This document shows, piece after piece, positions 59,693-64,000 of a DNA stretch of 64,000 nt; the first letter of the stretch is position 1; each line of letters opens with the position of its first letter. The notes beneath the pieces are model-generated. The model was given only the letters and a program-made list of their open reading frames with translations, was not told where the DNA came from and ran no database searches. Both the position numbers and the translations under genes were made by a program. The stretch comes from Thermoplasmata archaeon (GTDB taxonomy: Archaea; Thermoplasmatota; Thermoplasmata; Lutacidiplasmatales; UBA184): contig JBJKRJ010000007.1 in assembly GCA_046704665.1 (NCBI GenBank), forward strand, positions 3,024 to 67,023, written 5' to 3'.

Positions 59693-62257
59693 TCACGTCG
59701 CCGCGGCCTGTCGGACAGCCGCCCGCGCCCGGTCGAGCGCGGCCGCGAGCGGGGCCCCCGGCTCGCCGACCGCCGTGGCGGAGGCGGGGCTCCCTCCGCC
59801 CTTGCCGGCGAAGGCCGGCTTCGCGGCCTCGACGACGGCCACCGCCGAGACCCCGGCCGCGGTCGACCCGACGAACAGAGTGCCCTTGCCCTCCCGCTCG
59901 GCCGCGAGGACGACGACCCGGTCGGACTCCTTCGACAGGATCCGGGAGAGCTCGGCGAGCTCCGTGCGGTCAAGGTCGAGGGAGGCGGTGATGAGGGTGA
60001 CCCGACCGAGCTTCACCGCGGAGTGCGGGTCCTCCTGGAGCCGTGAGGCGGTCGTGGTCAGGTCCTCCGTACGGCGCTCCCGGGCCTGCTTGTGTGTCTC
60101 GGCGATCTCTCCGAGAAGGCGGTCGATCCCCTCCGGGAGGCCCGTGACGGGCACGCCGAGACGGCGCGCCGCCTCTCGGAGGATCTCCTCGTGCTCCTCC
60201 CGGATCTCGAGGGCCCGGTCGCCGCTCGCGTAGGTGAGCCGCACGATCCCGTCCTGGATCCGCTCGACGTCCAGGATCTGGATCGCGCCGACCTCGCTGG
60301 TGTGCGTGCAGTGGGTCCCCCCGCAGGCCTCGACGTCGAACCCTTCGACCTCCACGATCCTCAGCTCGCGTCCCGGGACGGCCCCTCCCTGGTAGAGGCG
60401 GAAGCCGAAGCGTCGCTCGGCCTCCGCGCGCGCCTCGAAGTAGCTCTTCACGGGCCGGTCCTCGCGGACGACCTGATTGACGCGCCGATCGACCCGCGTC
60501 AGCTCCTCCTTCGACAGGGGCCGATAGTGCGTGATGTCGATTCGGCCCGACTCCGGCGACTTGTATGCCCCCGCCTGCCAGACGTGGGGCCCGAGGACCT
60601 CCCGGAGCGCCCCGTTCATCAGGTGGGTCGCGGTGTGGTGCTGCATCAACTGCGTGCGCCGGGCCGGGTCGACCCGGCCGTGGACCTTCTCGCCGACGCG
60701 GAACGGAGCGGGCCGCTCGAGCCGATGGAGCACGTAGGGCCCGTGCCGGGCGACCTCGACGACCTCGAGGTCGGAGAGGTGCCCCCGGTCGGTGACCTGG
60801 CCCCCGCCGGTCGGGTAGAAGTACGTCCGGTCGAGCGCGACGAACGGTCCGCTCGAGAAGACGACGTGGGCATCGAACCGGACCGTGTAGGGGTCGAGGT
60901 AGTACGGTGTCTCCGTCGCGGGAACGTCCCCCGGGACGTCCGGCAGCCCCTCCGTCTTCTCCTCGTAGTCGGTGGTCGGCGATTCGTTCTCATGCCGTGC
61001 GGCCACGCGCACGTAGAAGTCCTCCGGTATCGCCGGGGGCTGCTCGAGCTCCTCGACGGCGACCTCGGGCGGCACTCCCAGGGAGTCGTACCATTCGAGG
61101 AGTTCGGACTCTGTCACGGCGCGGCCGCCGGCGCGCAGGCGCTCCTCGGTGCGGCGGATCGTCTGGCGCGCTCGGGCGATCGACTCCGTGTACCGATCGA
61201 CCTCCGCGGTCACGACCCGGTGCAGGTCGTCCCGATGCTCGCCGATCTCGGGAAAGTCGCGGGCGATCTCGCGGGCCACGCGGTCCAGGATCGCGATGAG
61301 ATCCGGACCGTCCGGGGCCTTGCTCAGGATGCGCTGGGCGCGCCGGAGGAGCAGTCGCGCGAAGTACCCCTCCTTGCTGTTGGAGGGAACGACCCCGTCC
61401 GTCAGGAGGAAGTTGAGGGCACGGGCATGGTCGATGAGGATCGCCGCCTCGCGCGGGGGGAACGACCGGCGCATCTCCTCGTACTCCTTCCCGAAGACGG
61501 CTTCGTAGGCGCTCTTCGTCCCTTGGCTCGCCCAGGTGAGGCGCTCGAGGCCGTAGCCGGGGTCGACGACCGTCAGGGGCATCGGCTTCAGCCGGTCCCC
61601 GTCCCGGGTGTACTCCATGAAGACGAGGGTCGCGACCTCGAGCCCCTGGGAGGCGACGCTGAGCGAGGGCCCGAGGTTCCCACCGCCCTCCCAGACCTCC
61701 TCCTTGTAGGTGAGCGACTTGGGGTCGCCGCCGAGCGCGTCGACCAAGAGCTCGTGGCAGAGCTCCGTGCACCGCTCCTTGAAGTAGACCTCATGGTCGG
61801 GACGGTTGAAGGCGTGGTGGGCGAGCATCTCGAAGAGGGTGAAGTGCCGGCCGCTGCGGCCGACCTCCTCGAGGTCGATGAAGCGAACGGACGGTTGGCT
61901 GATCGTCAGAGGGTTCGCGGGCGGCGGTACGGCGCCGCTCGTCACCCACGGCTGGAAGTCGTAGATCGAGGCCTGCGTGAAGAAGACGTCATTGCGCCAG
62001 CGGGCCACGGTCGGATAGCGACGGAGCCGGGTGTGACCCCGTCGTTCGAAGAACGAGAGGAACTCCTCCCGCATTTCCCCGAGCGCGTAGGGCCGGCCGA
62101 AGATCGGATGGCCGACGAAGCCGTAGTCGCGGCACGGTGCCTCCTGGCACCGGTCGTGGTCCCCGAGGGTCCAGAACGCATGCCCGCACACGACACACGT
62201 CCGTCGGGCAAACCCGCCCCGGTGGAAGAACGGAAGGTCGTACTCGGAGGGGTCCAT
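59693..62257 (-). CDS. alaS: Alanyl-tRNA synthetase (archaeal type)
   Basis: N-terminal C..CG..FWT, ARWR.D, ASIYDFQP, GRHFT.FEM, QHHTATH, EACGGTHC, GKGGG. Confidence 0.96.
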   Translation of the reverse strand: MDPSEYDLPFFHRGGFARRTCVVCGHAFWTLGDHDRCQEAPCRDYGFVGHPIFGRPYALGEMREEFLSFFERRGHTRLRRYPTVARWRNDVFFTQASIYDFQPWVTSGAVPPPANPLTISQPSVRFIDLEEVGRSGRHFTLFEMLAHHAFNRPDHEVYFKERCTELCHELLVDALGGDPKSLTYKEEVWEGGGNLGPSLSVASQGLEVATLVFMEYTRDGDRLKPMPLTVVDPGYGLERLTWASQGTKSAYEAVFGKEYEEMRRSFPPREAAILIDHARALNFLLTDGVVPSNSKEGYFARLLLRRAQRILSKAPDGPDLIAILDRVAREIARDFPEIGEHRDDLHRVVTAEVDRYTESIARARQTIRRTEERLRAGGRAVTESELLEWYDSLGVPPEVAVEELEQPPAIPEDFYVRVAARHENESPTTDYEEKTEGLPDVPGDVPATETPYYLDPYTVRFDAHVVFSSGPFVALDRTYFYPTGGGQVTDRGHLSDLEVVEVARHGPYVLHRLERPAPFRVGEKVHGRVDPARRTQLMQHHTATHLMNGALREVLGPHVWQAGAYKSPESGRIDITHYRPLSKEELTRVDRRVNQVVREDRPVKSYFEARAEAERRFGFRLYQGGAVPGRELRIVEVEGFDVEACGGTHCTHTSEVGAIQILDVERIQDGIVRLTYASGDRALEIREEHEEILREAARRLGVPVTGLPEGIDRLLGEIAETHKQARERRTEDLTTTASRLQEDPHSAVKLGRVTLITASLDLDRTELAELSRILSKESDRVVVLAAEREGKGTLFVGSTAAGVSAVAVVEAAKPAFAGKGGGSPASATAVGEPGAPLAAALDRARAAVRQAAAT

Positions 62258-62365
62258 GCGATCGCGCCGACGCCCGCCGATGTTTAAGACGTTCGCTCGG
62301 TCGGTCGGTAGCGGGCTCCGGGGACGGCGGCCGGTACGGGCGGCGGTGAGGAGGACCTCCGAAGG

Positions 62366-63613
62366 GTGGGTGCCGTGGAGGAACTTCCGCGATCGGTAGT
62401 GCGGCGCGCCACCGCGGTCTTGATCGCGCTGCGTGTCGGCTACGCCTACAACTGGTTCTCGATCGGTCCGGCCCTCCCGTCGATCGGGACGCAGTTCGAT
62501 GTCGGGCCCGCCGAGTGGGGGCTCCTCGTGGCGACGTTTTTGGTGGGCGCCGGACTCTTTCAGGTGCCGGCCGGGTTCTTGTCGCGGGCCTACGGGGCCC
62601 GGAGGATCTCGCTCGCCGGCGTCGGCCTGCTCGCGGTCAGCGCGATCGGAAGTGCCGTCGCGCCCTCCTTCCCGATCCTCGTCGGAGCCCGCCTCGCGGC
62701 CGGCGTGGGCGCGGCCCTCTTCTTCTCGCCGGCGATCGGACTGGTCGCGAGCCTGTATCCCCCGGGACGCCGGGGCCTGCCGGTCGGCACGTTCAGCTCG
62801 GCGTTCAGTCTCGGCGCCGCGCTCGGGATCCTCGGGAGCTCCCTCCTGGTCCCGGAGATCGGCTGGCAGGGTGCGTTGGCGTTCGGCGGGCTCGCGCTCG
62901 GTCTCCTGGTCGTCCTCGCCGTGCCGATGATCCCCGCGCGGGCCGGTGCCCCCGGGCCGCGCCCCGCCCCCGCCCGAAGCCACCTCCCGGTCGCCCTCGT
63001 CCACCGCGGCGTGTGGGCGGTCGGGCTCGCGTTCGTCGGGCTGGAAGGGGCGAGCTTCGCGACCGGCCAGTTCATCGTACCGTATGGCGAATCGGTCGAG
63101 GGCTGGTCGATCGCGCTGGCGGGGGCCGTCGGGATGATGTTCGTCCTTCCGAGCCTCTTCGGGGGCCCGGTCGGGGGTCCGATGGCCGAGCGGTTCCGCA
63201 ACCACCGCACCCAGCTCGCGGTCCTCACGCTGATCGGCGGTGGCCTCCTCGCCCTCCTTCCCTTCGTCGGGCTCGCCGGAGTGATCCTGGTCGGTACCGT
63301 CTTCTCGTTCACCTACGGCATGATCTACGCGATCATGTACGTCCTCCCGCACTTCTGGCGGGAGGTCCCGGCCGAGGAGGTCCCCCTCGCGATCGGGCTC
63401 CTCAATTCGGTGCAGCTCGCCGGCGGGGCCCTGGTCTCGGCCCTGTTCGGCTGGATCGTCTCGATCCGTTCCTATCCGTTCGCGTGGGAGGTCCTCGCCG
63501 GGATGGTCGTCGTCTCGCTCGGGGCGCTCGTGCTCCTCCCCCCGACGCCCGCCCGCGAATCCGGTCCTCCCGTCGCGGGGGCTCCCGCCCCGATCGGAGG
63601 GCACGGCCGGTAG
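62366..63613 (+). CDS. MFS transporter
   Basis: About 12 TM helices; G.LS..YGARR motif A, R..AGVG; start 62366 or 62375. Confidence 0.9.
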   Translation: MGAVEELPRSVVRRATAVLIALRVGYAYNWFSIGPALPSIGTQFDVGPAEWGLLVATFLVGAGLFQVPAGFLSRAYGARRISLAGVGLLAVSAIGSAVAPSFPILVGARLAAGVGAALFFSPAIGLVASLYPPGRRGLPVGTFSSAFSLGAALGILGSSLLVPEIGWQGALAFGGLALGLLVVLAVPMIPARAGAPGPRPAPARSHLPVALVHRGVWAVGLAFVGLEGASFATGQFIVPYGESVEGWSIALAGAVGMMFVLPSLFGGPVGGPMAERFRNHRTQLAVLTLIGGGLLALLPFVGLAGVILVGTVFSFTYGMIYAIMYVLPHFWREVPAEEVPLAIGLLNSVQLAGGALVSALFGWIVSIRSYPFAWEVLAGMVVVSLGALVLLPPTPARESGPPVAGAPAPIGGHGR

Positions 63614-64000
63614 CGCACAGCTCGGCGATCGGGCACTCACCGCACCTCGGGTGGTTCGGCCGGCACAGGTTCTGGCCGTGCTGGACCAGGAGCGGATTGA
63701 GAGGCATCCAGTACCGGGGATCGACGCGGGCCCTCAAACGCGCCTCCGTCTCCTCGACCGTGCGGGTCCGGACCACCCCGAGACGGTTCGCGATCCGGTG
63801 CACGTGGGTGTCGACCGGGATGGCGGGGACCGCGTAGCCGAAGACGAGGACGCAGTTCGCGGTCTTCGGGCCGACCCCGGGCAGCGAGGTCAGCTCTTCG
63901 AACGAACGCGGTACCTCGCCGCCGAAGCGCCCCAGGAGCGCCCGGGCGCACTCGCGGATCGTCCGCGCCTTCACGTGGTAGAAGCCGGTCGCGCGGATCA
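63402..64000 (-). CDS. nth: Endonuclease III (HhH-GPD DNA glycosylase), 5' truncated by window
   Basis: GFYHVKA, LPGVGPKTA, PVDTHVHRIANRLG, C.P..PRC..CPI..LC 4Fe-4S motif. Confidence 0.93.
   Translation of the reverse strand, partial: IRATGFYHVKARTIRECARALLGRFGGEVPRSFEELTSLPGVGPKTANCVLVFGYAVPAIPVDTHVHRIANRLGVVRTRTVEETEARLRARVDPRYWMPLNPLLVQHGQNLCRPNHPRCGECPIAELCATGRALRSGREPPRREDRIRGRASGGGARAPRARRRPSRRGPPTRTDRNGSRRSSRTGPRPGPRRRAAPN

Overview
This is a high-GC (roughly 70%) archaeal chromosome segment. Gene content (PAN, Cdc48/VAT, proteasome beta, MCM, aCPSF1, Cgi121, L10e/L18e, RpoN, archaeal AlaRS/AspRS, SepF, plus bacterial-type ClpB and MutS/MutL) points to a Thermoplasmata lineage; the taxonomy is an inference. 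It is densely coding core genome with about 57 CDS and 3 tRNAs, and no mobile elements or CRISPR. Main highlights: (1) two tRNA genes carry introns at non-canonical positions, initiator tRNA-Met in the D-loop (20a/21, relaxed motif) and tRNA-Gly(UCC) in the T-loop (59/60, strict BHB); (2) a translationally coupled mutS-mutL-PD-(D/E)XK nuclease operon, a candidate three-component mismatch repair system; (3) two genes (aspS and a RidA-family gene) whose only plausible start is a CTG behind a good Shine-Dalgarno; (4) a V4R + Roadblock two-gene module plus a KaiC/GvpD-like ATPase; (5) an OpgH-like processive GT2; (6) a zinc-ribbon membrane protein gene frameshifted at a G-run; (7) a type-E (CCG-domain) succinate dehydrogenase/fumarate reductase. 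All family assignments come from recognising motifs by eye, not from database searches.
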